Source: Amphiscolops sp. MND2022 (lineage: Eukaryota). From it: a stretch of DNA of 64,000 nucleotides. The notes under the pieces are model-generated. The model ran no database searches, had not been told where the DNA came from, and was given only the letters and a program-made list of their open reading frames with translations. Where the stretch lies: the NCBI GenBank assembly GCA_964187785.1, contig OZ076415.1, positions 22,010,001-22,074,000 on the forward strand. Direction: 5' to 3'. The position numbers were made by a program, and so were the translations under genes. Below, one piece after another: positions 37,571 to 50,537 of this stretch. Each line of letters begins with the position of its first letter. Position 1 is the first letter of the stretch.

Positions 37571-40003
37571 AATTTCTTAAAATATCGCATTGTGCCGAAC
37601 AAAACACCAAAAGGGGATCCTTAGTATGTTTTCGAGGTTCTGGACGTCGATGTTTTTGTTTTGGACGTCCATAGTTCAATTTGATGTTGTTGATCGAATG
37701 AACAAAAAAGTGGACTGTACGCGTCTACAAAAACTACTACAGGCTTTCAGTGTCTCTCTATGTAAAGAGGTAGCAACGTCTGCCTTTTTAGAGCGTTAGA
37801 TAAAAATTAGCATGTTGCGTCGAAGTCCTGACGTCGGGTGAAAGCGTCAAATTATTTTAGTTGATATATTTCCACTGACTACGATCGAATTGATGTCGAA
37901 TCAGTGTTATTTACAGAAAAATAGGAAAGTCTCGAACTTGTTAACAAATACAGTTGTATTACTCAGCCTTCTTACTTCGGAGCATAAAAACCCGGAAGGT
38001 CGGCATTCGCTGAAACCAGCAGCCGGACTAATAGTTTGCTTCGAGTCTGCCTTTAGAGAACTAACTTGGGGTATGCAAATATAACTGACTACGATATAAT
38101 AATAATCTTGGCGAAATTCTTCAACTGAATGAAATCAATTCGAATTCGGATGTCAAGCAATCAGAATGGACAATTGTTCTTTTTCGTGTTTAATTTCCTT
38201 TTTTGACATTTGGATTTCGACGTAAAGAAGTAGCCGGTACTCTAGACTAATTTTTATTCGACGCAAAGAAATGGCCCGTTTTCTAGTCTAATTTCAATTC
38301 GACGCAATAAATTTGTCTTTTTAGTTGCGACAAACAATTGGCATGCTTCTGTAAAAGTTTCCATGTTAACAAGGCCGTTGGAATTCTTCAACACAGTGGT
38401 AATGTTTGTGAACTTTTACGAAAGTAATGTTGATCATGGCGAACAGAGTTTCAGCCGAGAGAACCCTCGAGTTTTTCGCCACTGTTTTCAAAGAAACGAC
38501 GCCTGAATAAAAAAAACGGTTATTGGAAAAGAACTGAACCAAACTTTGCGAGGTAAAGACTTCATGTCCTAGAAAATGGTTGATCAGTTTGTCAAGTAAA
38601 GAGTCTCAATTTCTCGTGTAAGTTAGGAAAGATCCAAACATTATATTGGGCAAAAAAGGAGTTCCAATCAATGTGAATAGATGTTTTTGGGAGACAAAAT
38701 GTGGAAAACAACTGTGCTCATGCACTTTCCTCCGATGTACTTTCGATATGCTAGTGGCAGGTTCAGAGACTGTCAGTAAAATGAGAAACATCGTTGTCAA
38801 AAACGTGTATTGGACATTTTATTACAACGAATGGAATTGAAACTAAAACCATGCAAACAACGATGAGCGATCATTTCACCATTTCTGCTCAAGCGTCTCA
38901 TAATTTAGCAAACAAACAACATGATACATCATATGCTGAAGTTCGGAATTTTAAATATCGTAAAGAGGAAAAACATTGACTTTTCTCTTTCTTCTCAGTC
39001 AAAAGTTGAAAAACTCCAACAACATATGAATGCAAATAATTACATGAACGCATTGGCAAAAACATTAATGGAATCGGTCAATAAATTTGCATCCGAAACG
39101 CGTGTTGAGAATATTAAAAAAACATGTCATGGAGACTTGGATCACTAACAAAATTAAAAATGCAATTGTAAATAGGAAAAATTTGTTTTAAAAATGGATT
39201 CGAAATACCGCAGAAACGAATCGCGAAAGATACAAAACTTCACGTGATAACGTTACCAATTTAGTCAGAGTAGAAAACGCTCCAATTGGGTTTCGGACTG
39301 TCAAGACAAAATTCCTAGCAAAGTCTTCAATGAAAGCTGATAATTGGTTGACTGAATTGAACCTCATTTCACCTAATTTCATAAATTTGAGCCAGGAGCA
39401 ATTGAAAAAACATTTAAAACTTGTTAGTGACCAATACATCGCTGGCAATAAAGAACTCTTCAGTCTGTATTTTGTCCCTAAAACCTTTAATCCAACAAGA
39501 TAGCGTGCAAGTTGGTGCTTCTAAAAAATGCAAAACGGGCACTAGCTCGAAGAGCAATTTTGCTCGACTGGTGTCTTAACTGGATAATTTGATGGACAGA
39601 TAATAATTTGTATAATTTGCCTCGTGCTATCCGGTTATAATATCTTCTTTTTCTAGCTACTGAAAACGACTAAAGATAACGAAACTGCTGGACAAAATTC
39701 AAAAGTATATTGCTCCTAAACTTGATTCGTTTGTGAAATAATCTTTTTGCTGCTAGTTAATACTTTCGCGGTCGTTCCTTTTTCAGACGCTGCTAAAAAC
39801 TGTTTTATATTCAATTGCTGATTCACCCTTCAAAGAATGTAGTAACTAGTAGATGTCATTGCATACAAAACTGTTGCAACCAACATACATTGACTTCAAG
39901 AACTGTTGGTTACGTTTATAAAAAACATTTGATGAATTGCGTTTTGTCTGAAAATTGTTCATTTTGATCTAAACTAGAACAAGATTTCAAAACGTTTTCT
40001 ACA

Positions 40004-40411
40004 TTGAACAACAATTTGGACGTTTGCGTCTGCCACATATTCCTTTTTTGGATGATTTATGTCATTGGAGCAAGTTTTTTGAGAACAACCTTCGACAAAG
40101 CCCCAACTTCAATCCGCAAAAGCATTCAAGGTAAAGTCTTTGCAGTGCCCGGAATAATTTTTCACCCTGCAGCCAAAAATCCTAACGAGCAACTTCAAAA
40201 ATTACTCAGAAAAGGTCTGAAAGGCTGCGAGAAAAACGTTATTTGGCACGATCTTGTGAACATTTTTCTATCCTCGCATAGAAGTAACGGCAATCGGAAT
40301 TGCCCACCTGACGTTTTCCTCAAAATTTTGCAGCTTTTTCGTAATCAGAACATATCTGTGCAATTATTTACAATCAACGAATTGGAACCCCGAACATCCA
40401 CAAAAAGCTGA
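40004..40411 (+). pseudogene. SGNH/GDSL-esterase-like ORF remnant, probably transposon-derived
   Basis: VIGASFLR (block I-like), FAVPG, VIWHDLVN (block III-like); motif impression only. Confidence 0.3.
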
Positions 40412-40636
40412 TTAAAGCCTCATACATCACAATCAGTCCAAAACAGCATTTGCTATCCAATCGAAAAAAGAGATCAGCTGAGTTTAATCAAGAATTGTGG
40501 AAACTGCATCCATTGGAACGCATCGAACTCCATATCCTTTTCGCTCACTTACTCATCGGTACTTTTCTTACGGAAAAACAAGATTTCCCATTGTCATTTG
40601 TTATTTCTGAAAAAGGTTAAATAACAGTTGATAACA

Positions 40637-41495
40637 ATGGCAGAATTGGAAACAAATAGTTCTAACATCGACTCCAAAAATGATGTGTAAAGAAACTAAT
40701 TCGCATTCGTGGCGGGCATAAAGGTGCACTCACTAAATCGGAGTTCAAAATTAATCTTATGTTGTCGCAATCGATAGTAAACGAGGAACCACTCTATGAA
40801 GCAGAAGCTCTTTTATAGCCAATTTAAAAAATCGATGGAACTTAGTACATCGTTATGATGCCGAAATTGAACTTCTGATAGATGATGAGGTCGAGTTGAG
40901 TTCTGAAATTGATTCAAGTGCTATTTTTGAAGAAAAAGCCAGTATTGCCATTATTCGTTTAGATTCACTCATTAATACATACAAACAAAAAGCATTGTCA
41001 CAAAGAACGTCGACTTCTGGCGTCACTTCAGGTACCGCCACCAGTAAAATGAAACTGCCAAAATTGCAACTGGCAAGTTTTACAGGCTGTTACACGGAAT
41101 GGACTTCATTTATAGATCATTTTAGAGCCTCCGCAGATTCCAATATGCAATTAACCAAGTCAAAAAAAGTTGAACTATCTCCGAGCGTGTCTCAAGGGAG
41201 ACGCTGCAAAACTGATAAGCTCGCTTATGATTACGGATGCTATTTATGAAATTGCTTTAACTCTCCTGCGAGATCGGTACGAAAACAAGCGTTGCATTGT
41301 GCAGGCGCATTTTAAAGTAACCTGGTCTCAACCTAGTATGAAGTGTGAATCTGGTCTAGGCTTGCGAAAAAGTCTAGAGACAACAAATGAACACTTGAGA
41401 GCTTTAGAAGAACCAACACATGAGTGGAACTCATTTTTGATATTTTGGATAACGGAAAAGTTATATAATGAATCAAAAAAACAATGGAACGATTT
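40637..41495 (+). mobile_element. Bel/Pao LTR retrotransposon gag remnant (DUF1759-type)
   Basis: KLPKLQLASFTGCYTEWTSFIDHF...KKLNYLRACLKGDAAKLISSL...YEIALTLLRDRYENKR...HLRALE is the characteristic Bel/Pao gag region; frameshifted; stops abruptly near 41495. Confidence 0.85.
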
Positions 41496-41499
41496 GGAA

Positions 41500-43180
41500 T
41501 CCCATTTCCAGTATTTTTCCACAACATTTCCCCCTTCTGGCTACCAACCATTGCCGTGGCAGAGAATCAACTGAACGAACAACAAACCAAGTCATACGTG
41601 AGGGCAATGGAAAAAGCGACCATCAGTGAAAAGCTAGCGTACCTGATGGCAGTGGGTTTACAAGCAGTCTACAAAGGCCCCCAGCGAGATACTACAGAAA
41701 TTAGTCATGAACAAGGCCTGCACCCGCCAACTCAGTTTTCGAATCTTTGCGAGGAACCAGCGAGAATGCGTGCACGCAATCATTGAAGCCTTTGACCGGG
41801 TGGGTCTACGCAGATTGAGAAGCCAATTTGAGTTGATTCTCGAAGCAATCCTGACTGGATATACTCGAGTTGGGTAAACGTCTCCGGCAAGATGCATCCT
41901 ATGGATGAGGCCCCAGCAACCAAACGAGAAAACGATTGGCCAGGCTTCCTATTCCCTTCACAAGTAGCAAGCTTTATGCTGGTTGAAACTGAGGACCTGA
42001 TGCCCTTGATAGCGCCAATCGTGTGGCCCATATTCGGCTCAATGATGGCCTTGCGATACCCGGCACAGCTCTTGAGAGTAGCTGCGACCGCGTCTGTGCA
42101 CTCCATTCTCCACTTTGTAAACTTTGAAGACAATCAGCAGATCCCAAAAGTATCCCAAGTAGTAAGAACGTTTGTCAATCTGAGACCACCAACTGCCTAC
42201 ACAATGATTAAAGACAAACAACAAGTGGAATATAACTACACCGCAACAATCAGAGCACGAACCAGGTGCGCACTTCCACTCGCGCAAGAGTTTCACCCAG
42301 TGGAATGGCTCCACATGCCAATCTCGCCTAGAACTGGTGCAATAGCAAGCTTTGCTGGCTGGAACGAAAAAGAGATTTTAAAGACCCTGAAGACTGTCGT
42401 CCAAAGACTAGGAGGCCGCGACTACGGACAAGAGCCCAGTGGGCTAAGACATTTTTACGTCTGTGATACGTCTAGGATGTATGCCGAAAGAACCGAGCCC
42501 CGCCCGAACACCGACTCTATCCTCCAGGCAACTACTTGTTTGTCGAGACCTGAGGTAGTCGACCAAAAAGCCCATCAACAGTTCCAGAAAGTCAGAGACT
42601 CAATGCAATTGATCGCGTAAGCGCCAACTAACTACAAGATCTATGTTCATTGGTGAAGAACTACCCGCGAACCCGAAAATGGCCATGGAAATATTCCTGG
42701 ACTTAGTAGCCATACAATATAATCACAGCAGCCCGGTGTTAGAGAACTTCATATCTTCCATGAGAGGATATAAGGAAGTGTTCACACAACTCGGACACAA
42801 AAAATTCGCTGACAACTTGCCTGAACTTCAACCCAGAAGTCAACCCAGTAAACCCCCACGCTACAGGTGCTAAGGACTTTTGCAGATGGCAGCTCATCCA
42901 CGCAAGTAACAGAGTTGATGCCAGTGAATGTAGCCCCTACGGCGATGAACACAGACATAGCCAGCGCAAGCCTGACAACAACTGCCCCCAACAGCTCAAT
43001 GGCTCCTGATGACGTTGCTCAGATAGTCAACATTACTTGGAACAAACCGAGCAAGCGATAACACAAGTGGAAGCAGCCGACATCGAGGCAGAACTGAGCG
43101 CATTGACCAATATCGACCGAGATTGTTCAACAAACGAGGACATCATCAGACTCGATCTTGAGGACAATCAGTGAATATGG
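41500..43180 (+). pseudogene. Unassigned ~550-codon degraded ORF, possible non-retroviral endogenous viral element
   Basis: Successive ORF pieces 41484-41786, 41892-42620, 42643-42873, 42867-43061 joined by frameshifts; intronless; visibly more GC- and A/C-rich than the flanks; no family recognised. Confidence 0.4.
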
Positions 43181-44519
43181 ATGCTCCTGCTCACCCACTG
43201 GGTGTATAAATGAAGAAAGGGCGTGCCACTTTAGAATCAAACAAAGTCCACCCAAGCAATTATACCACAACCCAAGACATCAGTGCCTTTTAAAAGTGCA
43301 AATTTTGTTGGTGCTATAAAATAACTACCGCAGTGCTAACTTCGAGCCTATCATAGATTACATACTACGTAGTTACCACCTTGTAGGTAGTCAGAATCGG
43401 ATGGTGCCTTTTTATGTTGAAACCAAAATTCAAAACAAGTTGAAGCAATGAAATCTTTTCCAATAGCTTACCAGTACCGCGCGAATCATTACACCGAGAA
43501 GATTATTTTAATCCAGACTGAAATGCGTACAAAACGGCCAGTTTTTAACCCGATTGATCTAATTGTAGACTGAAACCTTAAAAAAAGACCGATTTTTAAA
43601 AGAGGAACCAGTCCATGAGTGCTAGACCGAAAGTTTCGCTAACACTTATCAGTTTTTGGTTTGACGTTTTTGCCAAAATTGCAGATCAAAATTTCGAAAA
43701 TAAAGTTGCTAAGACCCGCTGGGTATGTAGTATTGCATCCTGCTTCGTTTGCCGAGGACGGCAAACCGCGTCCCGGGGAGGATGTAACGTCCACCTGTCA
43801 GCACCCAAAGTTTCGATCAAAATTTCGATCAAGGACCAGAAAATGTGCGAATCAAGATGGCCAACCTAGCAGGTCGTTGAAATCAAAAAGAGCACAAAAA
43901 AACGAAAGGAAAGACACCCCCGCAGACGCAAAAGGAAGAGAAGACGACGTCCCAACGCAGAAGTATACAGAAAAATCCGGAATTGTGCCATCTCATCCAG
44001 AAATCACAGGTTTTGCGACAAGATGGCCCAGAATTCAGATATTCCAGATTCAAGGATGATCATGAAATCTCCAGAACCAGCAGAAGAGTTGCGGAAATGT
44101 CTGTTTTGATTAATTTTGATGTTATGGAAGTTCGTTTACAGATTTATGGTGAAACTGGATCTGCTAGATCCTTGTACTGGTACTTTTCGAGGTTATCTTC
44201 CCAATAAAATGCATTCAGACTAAACCCCTGTTTTTAGACCTCGGAAGTATGTAGGGCCGCATGAACCCTTAGGATACGTTTTTACGTGCTTGTGGGACGT
44301 GTCCGAACTTTGAGTGTGCCGGCACGTCGCCACGGAGCTATTAATTGAGGAGTCTCCACGTCTTGGAAAAGTCCCTCTGAGACCTTTTGGGATCAAAAAC
44401 TGATGTTTAGGTTGTTATAGGACACTGGTCTCTTGTTAAGGCAACCTGGGCATTATCACGGTTCTGGAATGTAGCTGTTAGCTTGACGATACACTCATTC
44501 CCAATCCTTATACTTTGCA

Positions 44520-47231
44520 TTTAGACGTTATTCCTTTAGACGTTATTCCCGAAGATATCGAATTCTTCTCTGGTGCTCCAGAGCAAGGTCATTGGCCTGT
44601 TCTATTTGATATAGATATTCCGGTGAAATATGCTAATCCTAGACGGTGTGTGCTAAACTACAAAATGGCAAATTGGGAAGAAATAAGTATAAAACTGGAA
44701 AATATTATGGTGGAAAACATAGATAGCATGATAACGGAAGCACCTACGAAAGCTCTCCTAACCTTTATGGGCCCAGTGAGAGGAGTTCGTGAAAATTCGA
44801 TACCACGGAAAACACTTTGTATGTATTCCAAACCATACTGGAGCAATATATTGACTCACCTATCAAAAAAATTTATAGATGCACGCAAAAAATATAGACT
44901 CCGATGTAACCCGAAAAACAAAAACATTGTTGAAATGGCTAAAATCGAATTCAAAAAGCAATTGAAAAAAATATTACCCGTTGGACGCAAAATGGCATCA
45001 TGCAAATGAATGAGGGAAACTCAAAAACATTTTTCGATAATATCCGCAAATTCAATGGTTCAATGGACTTAAATAACATAGGAGTACTTCGTCACAATGG
45101 TAAGACACTGGAAAAGGATTGCCATAAAGCTGCGCTCTTTCAACGTATTTTCTTCGATGGCGCACACCTTACTGGTAAACTATTTACCGACACTTTTTAT
45201 AAAAAAAAAACAAAAGTAGAAGTGGAAAAAAATTGGCTCACACCGTTGGGGATTATTACAAGGAGGAGGTCAAGAATAATCTAAACATGCGTATTACAAT
45301 GGATGAACTTAAACAAGCCATAAAGAAAATGAAGACAAACAACAAGGGCGTGGATCCTTATGGCCTCCACCCAAAACTATTAAAGAAATTCAAATTTAAC
45401 ACCATTAACATATGTTTGCACTTGATAAGCAGTGCATTCTTCATAGGGATTTGGCCATTTGATAAAACCATAGTCAAAATCTTGAAAAAGTCTGGCAAAA
45501 CTGAATATTCTAATCCATCCATCTTCATGGAGACCTGTTTCGCTTACATCCCATTTAGGAAAAGTTGTTGAGCGAGTGATAGATAGAAGACTAAGATCAT
45601 CAGATATCCTCGACATTGATGAGCAACCATTTGGTTTTGGGCCAGGCAAGTCAACTTTGCACTACTTTTACAAATTATATCATGATATCTTAGCCATGGA
45701 AATCTTACCAATAGCAACAGTATATGATCTAGAGAAAACTTTTGATTCCGTAGATCAAACATTATTGCTAAGCAAGCTAATAAACAGTGGTTTAAATGGG
45801 CCAATGTTAGCTACTATAAAATCTTTTTTATCGAATCGGAAAGCCAGTACCCAAGTCAATGATTTTATCGACATGTCATTTGTCCCTCTCAATGGTTTAC
45901 CTCAGGGGGCTGGCTGTACTGTCACCACTTTTGTTTATATTTTATATGAAGGGCTTCCCGCAAGATGCAGATGACAGTATTTCTCTTTGAAGCAAAGAAA
46001 ACTTAAGCACATCTTTAGAAAAAGCGGAAAACTATACATACAAATGGAAGCAGGTGCTGAATATAGACAAAACTGAACATATAAATTTCTCAAACGAAGT
46101 ATTTCAGTCAGACTATAAATTTGTTGAAAGAAGTAAAATACTGGGCCTATGGTTCGAGCGAGATTTGAGTTTCAAAACACATGCTGCCATTATCTCTGCC
46201 TCAATGGTTAATGTCTGGAAAGAAACTAGTTTACTTATAACGCAAGGATTATATCCATTTTACGCTGTACGTAACTTTGATTCATATGTGAAACCACGTG
46301 TCACGTACTGTATGACTATTTGGTTTCATCAAAACATGACATCTCTGGACAAGATGTGGTGCAGTGTTCATAAATCTATCTTTGGGATATGAAACTACCA
46401 AGTATCGAAACACGTAGTTAGCATTTTAGGTAATATTTGGCCTCCTTCTCTACTCTACACTTATCAAGTATTATTGTTTCTACATTTAATTGCTAGAAGT
46501 GCGGATATTCTAAACCCAGGCAATTTAGCAATCATACCCCAACATAATAATATGGTGAGAATATCTTTGGTTGTTAAACTTTCTATTGTAAATTGTGATC
46601 CTGATGAAATTAAGGCAATATACAGACAATATGCTAGACAATCCTCAGTCAGTACTTTTAAGAAGTAGTTGGATGAGTATTGCAGGCATAAAGCAAGGTC
46701 TTATGTACTCAAATTACTCAGGGCCTGAAGTAAGGAACAGTATCATGAAAATGCTTGCACCAGATCTTAGGAAAGTTTCTGTCAAAACGTTTCGTGTTCT
46801 AATGAATGATTTTGAAGTACGCGAGGTATTATTCAGAAGTAAAAAGAGCTAAACCGATATTTGTCCCTACTGTAGAGTTGTCGATGATACTGCACATTTC
46901 TTATTTTCCTGTGTCTCATACCTAGAACACCGAAAGCGTTTCATCAGGGAGCTTAAAAATCAAAAAATTTACAAAACGCTAGTTGATTTGCTCAATTGCG
47001 AAAACAAGCATGTTATAAGCGCGTTGGCTGGTTTTATTGCAAGCATCGAATACTTCTTATGACCCTGCAATCCTCACCTGCCTTCCTTCTGTGTCAATTC
47101 TATTTATACTATTTGTTTTCTTCTGGAATCAATGATAGAAAGTCAATTGGTACTGCCACATCCCGAAGGTTAAATTGATTTTTTCATCGTCCCGGAACAC
47201 TTTTTAGACGTTATTCCTTTAGACGTTATTC
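44520..47231 (+). mobile_element. 5'-truncated APE-type non-LTR retrotransposon (LINE) flanked by a 29-bp direct repeat
   Basis: End of endonuclease (GHWPV), RT motifs GVDPYGLHP, KILKKSGK, QPFGFGPGKST, YDLEKTFDSV, GLPQG, DADD; C-terminal CPYCRVVDDTAHFLFSC; TTTAGACGTTATTCCTTTAGACGTTATTC at 44520-44548 and 47203-47231. Confidence 0.88.
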
Positions 47232-47611
47232 GCGCCCCTAGGATATGGCGTCCTGATGGAAGATTGATACATATCTCAAACAGAGTTTGGATTATTTCGC
47301 TTTACACTAGAACACAACTTCATTTGGAACATCTCATTCGTCAGCATCTGAGTCCTCTTCACCATTTAGCCTCTTCAGAGCAAGACTCCGGAATCTTCTC
47401 TCATTCTCTGGAATGCCAGAGTGGTCTGCCAATTTGTTTTAATTAGTTGTTGACCAAAGGGTCAAAGAGCTTCGGTGAGAACAACGCGTCTCTGTAAAGT
47501 GATTCGCACGATGATTGGTGAGCCGGTTACTCTGTAATGCAACATATATCAATGGCTCTAAAAGTCGGAATGCGGCATGTGTTTTAGGAACAGTGAGCGA
47601 CAGGGATACTT

Positions 47612-49980
47612 TTGCAATGTATTAAATATAATGTGTGTCGGGACTGGCTTTCTTCGCAACTCAACGATCAATGTAGGTTGATTTTTTTCTTGTTTTGGTT
47701 CTGTCCGTCTACTGGGATTGTGGCTGACATGAGTAGTAGTGTCAGTCAAAAACTTCAGTCAAAACATCCCCCTCGAGCCGCAAATCATGCCCAACAAGTC
47801 GTCGAAGATAGCTTAATTGTGTTTGAGCCCACTGTAGCGAAGGCAATCGACTCCTTCCCTTCTGGGTCGTCGGGAGGACCAAGCCTACTTGTGCCCCAGT
47901 TGTTCAAAGACCTCATCGCAAAGAGCAACGGGCCCATAGGCAACGAGTTCCTCCAGATGCTAACAAGCGTACTAAATATTGTCTTAGAGGGCAAAAACCC
48001 TGTAGGGTTGAGACCTTTTTTCTTCGGTGCTGAACTTATCGGCCTTCGGAAAAAAGACGGCGAAGTTCGACCAATTGCGTATGGAAACACGCTGCGTCGA
48101 ATATGCTCAAAATGTGTGAGCTCCTTCGCGACTGACCAACGACGAATTGATATCCATGGTACGCAGTTCGGCTGCATGACAAGTCGTGGAGCCGAAATCG
48201 CAGCACATATTTTTCGAAATCTCATTGAGAACGAGAAGAATTCTGAAAACGTTATTCTGAAGATGGATTTCAAAAATGCTTTTAACTCACTCAAACGTGA
48301 AAAAATGTTAGACACCGTTTTCCGAAAACGACGACAGATTTACAATTACACGCACTCTGCATATAGCGAAACCTCTCATCTTTTCTTCGGAGACAAAGTA
48401 ATTCAATCGCAAGAGGGCTGTCAGCAAGGGGACCCCGAACGTCCTGCTCTCTACTCCGATACTATTCAAGACCTCGTTAACCAAATGGTTTCGCAATATA
48501 ATGTTTGGTACCTCGACGACGGAAATTTTTCGGATCACTATCGGACGGTCCTTGAGGACCTCAAACGAATCATTGCTAGCGCCGACGAGTATGGGTTGTC
48601 TCTCGAAAAAACTAAATGTTACCTGATTTTCATCGGAAATTGTACCGAAAGCTCAAAAAAGAGAATTAAAACACTTTTGGAAGAAATTTGCCCGGGTATC
48701 AAAGTAGAGGATCATGAGAATTTGGAAATTTTAGGGTCGCCAATGGGCGCAAATGCTCGTCGAGTCCTGTTGAACAAAAAATGATTGAATTGCAAAGACT
48801 CTCTGAAGTTGTTACGAAATTAGACGCCCACTATGGTTTCTACCTGTTGAAGAACTGTTTCAGTCTACCCCAACTACTGTACTATCTTCGCACCAGCCCT
48901 TGCTTTGAAGAGTTGAATCTCTTACAGCAATATGATTCCATTATTCGCAAATGATTGTCCAAAATCTGTAATGTCAATTTTAATGAAAGCAGCTATACTC
49001 AGGCGATTCTCCCAGTCTCCAAAGGGGGCATAGGCATTGCATCGGCTTCCCAGATTGCTCTTTCTGCTTTTTTAGCTTCAGCAACGGGCGCCAAATGTGC
49101 TCTGTCTTGTATCCTCCAGGAAGACTATGTTGATGCATCGTTTGAAAAGGCATTGAATTTGTGGCTGACAAAAACGAACCTATCAGAAGCACCGTCGGAC
49201 TTCATCCAAAAACATTGGACGTCTCCTTTAAGTGATACTACTTTTGATCAACTTATAACAGACCTTGATGTGGAAAATGTCAAAAGATTGAACGCTTACC
49301 AAGACCCCTTTGGTTCCGCTTGGCTGAATGTTTTACAAGCAAAAATCTCGGTCTGAAGTTAACAGATCAGCAACTGCGCATCTCGTTATCCCTTCGCCTG
49401 GGCGCGAAAATTTGCGAGAAACACACTTGCCGTTGTGGTAAACTTGTCGAAGAGAACGGACATCATGGTCTTTCCTGTGCCAGAAACGCGGGACGTTTCT
49501 CGAGGCACCACAACCTTAATACTCTAGTGAAACAGGCGCTGAGTTCCATGAAATTCCCTCAGTTCTGGAACCAAATGGTCTGACCCGATCTGACGGAAAG
49601 CGCCCAGACGGAATTACCCATGCGCCCTGGGAGGAAGGCAAGCAATTAGTTTGGGATGTTACTTGTGTCGATCTTCTTGCCCCCAGCAGAATAGAGAACG
49701 GTTCTGTTGCCAACCCGGGCACAGCCGCTGAGGATGCAGAGGAATTGAAAACAGCTTAGTACGTTTGTTTGACTGACAAAGGATACATCTTCCAACCCTT
49801 AGCCTTTGAAATTCAGGGAGGAGTCGGACCTTCTACGTTCTTGAAGAACCTGTGTAAAAAATTGTGCGTGTTCAACCAGGAAAATAGAGCCGGGTCGTTT
49901 TTCAGGCAGAGACTCTCGCAATCCAGGCAGGCAATGCGGCCAGTGTAGTAAGCGAACTTTACTACTTGTAAATCTGTGTT
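47612..49980 (+). mobile_element. CRE-clade non-LTR retrotransposon (RT + restriction-like endonuclease), decayed
   Basis: SGSSGGPS, VRPIAYGNTLRR, QFGC, KMDFKNAFNS, GCQQGDP, WYLDDG; C-terminal CRCG...HGLSC..RHH zinc motif, DGKRPDG, VWDVTCV, PLAFE RLE motifs. Boundaries approximate. Confidence 0.85.
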
Positions 49981-50537
49981 CCATGACCGTTTTGTTTAAT
50001 CTAGAAATTTATGCTTCATTTTTTTGCTTCATAATCGTTACCTTTTCACGAGCCTCAGCGAGTTTCTGAATTGAAATGTCCTCGATCCATTGAACTCCCA
50101 GGTTGCATGATCTCGTTTCTCTTGAGAGAACAAGAGAAAAATTAGTAATTTTCAACTTGAAGTTATGACATTGCAAATGTCACAGGAGGTTTCACACAAA
50201 GCGCAACGAAATGATCAACGATACATGGAGATCGGGAACTGATACTTTTCTGAGTACTTTCATGAGATCTAAGACTGGTTGCCACGGCAGCTGAATTTAT
50301 AATGTTACAACAGCGTCTGAGATGTTGCCAAATCTTCTCAAACGCTGCCATTTCTAAATGCTTTTCAATAAAACTATAATCATCGTGCTAATTCAAACCT
50401 TTTTGTGAATTGAGAATTTGAATTGTTTTTGAGACGGATTCCCCCTCCTTTAAAGAGGGGCTTCGTTGAATCTATATATAAGTTTGTATTTGTAGTTTCT
50501 GATAAGAGATTTTTCTCAAGGTCTACGTTTTCAGAAA

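Noticed and set aside
38600-38840. SWIM zinc finger of a MULE transposase (CSCTF)
   Set aside because: Only a partial Cys pattern, needing frameshifts; no other transposase motif found nearby.
43615-44207. Overlapping ORFs of 74-132 aa as a gene
   Set aside because: No recognisable motif, three overlapping frames of similar length and low-complexity basic composition; cannot be supported.
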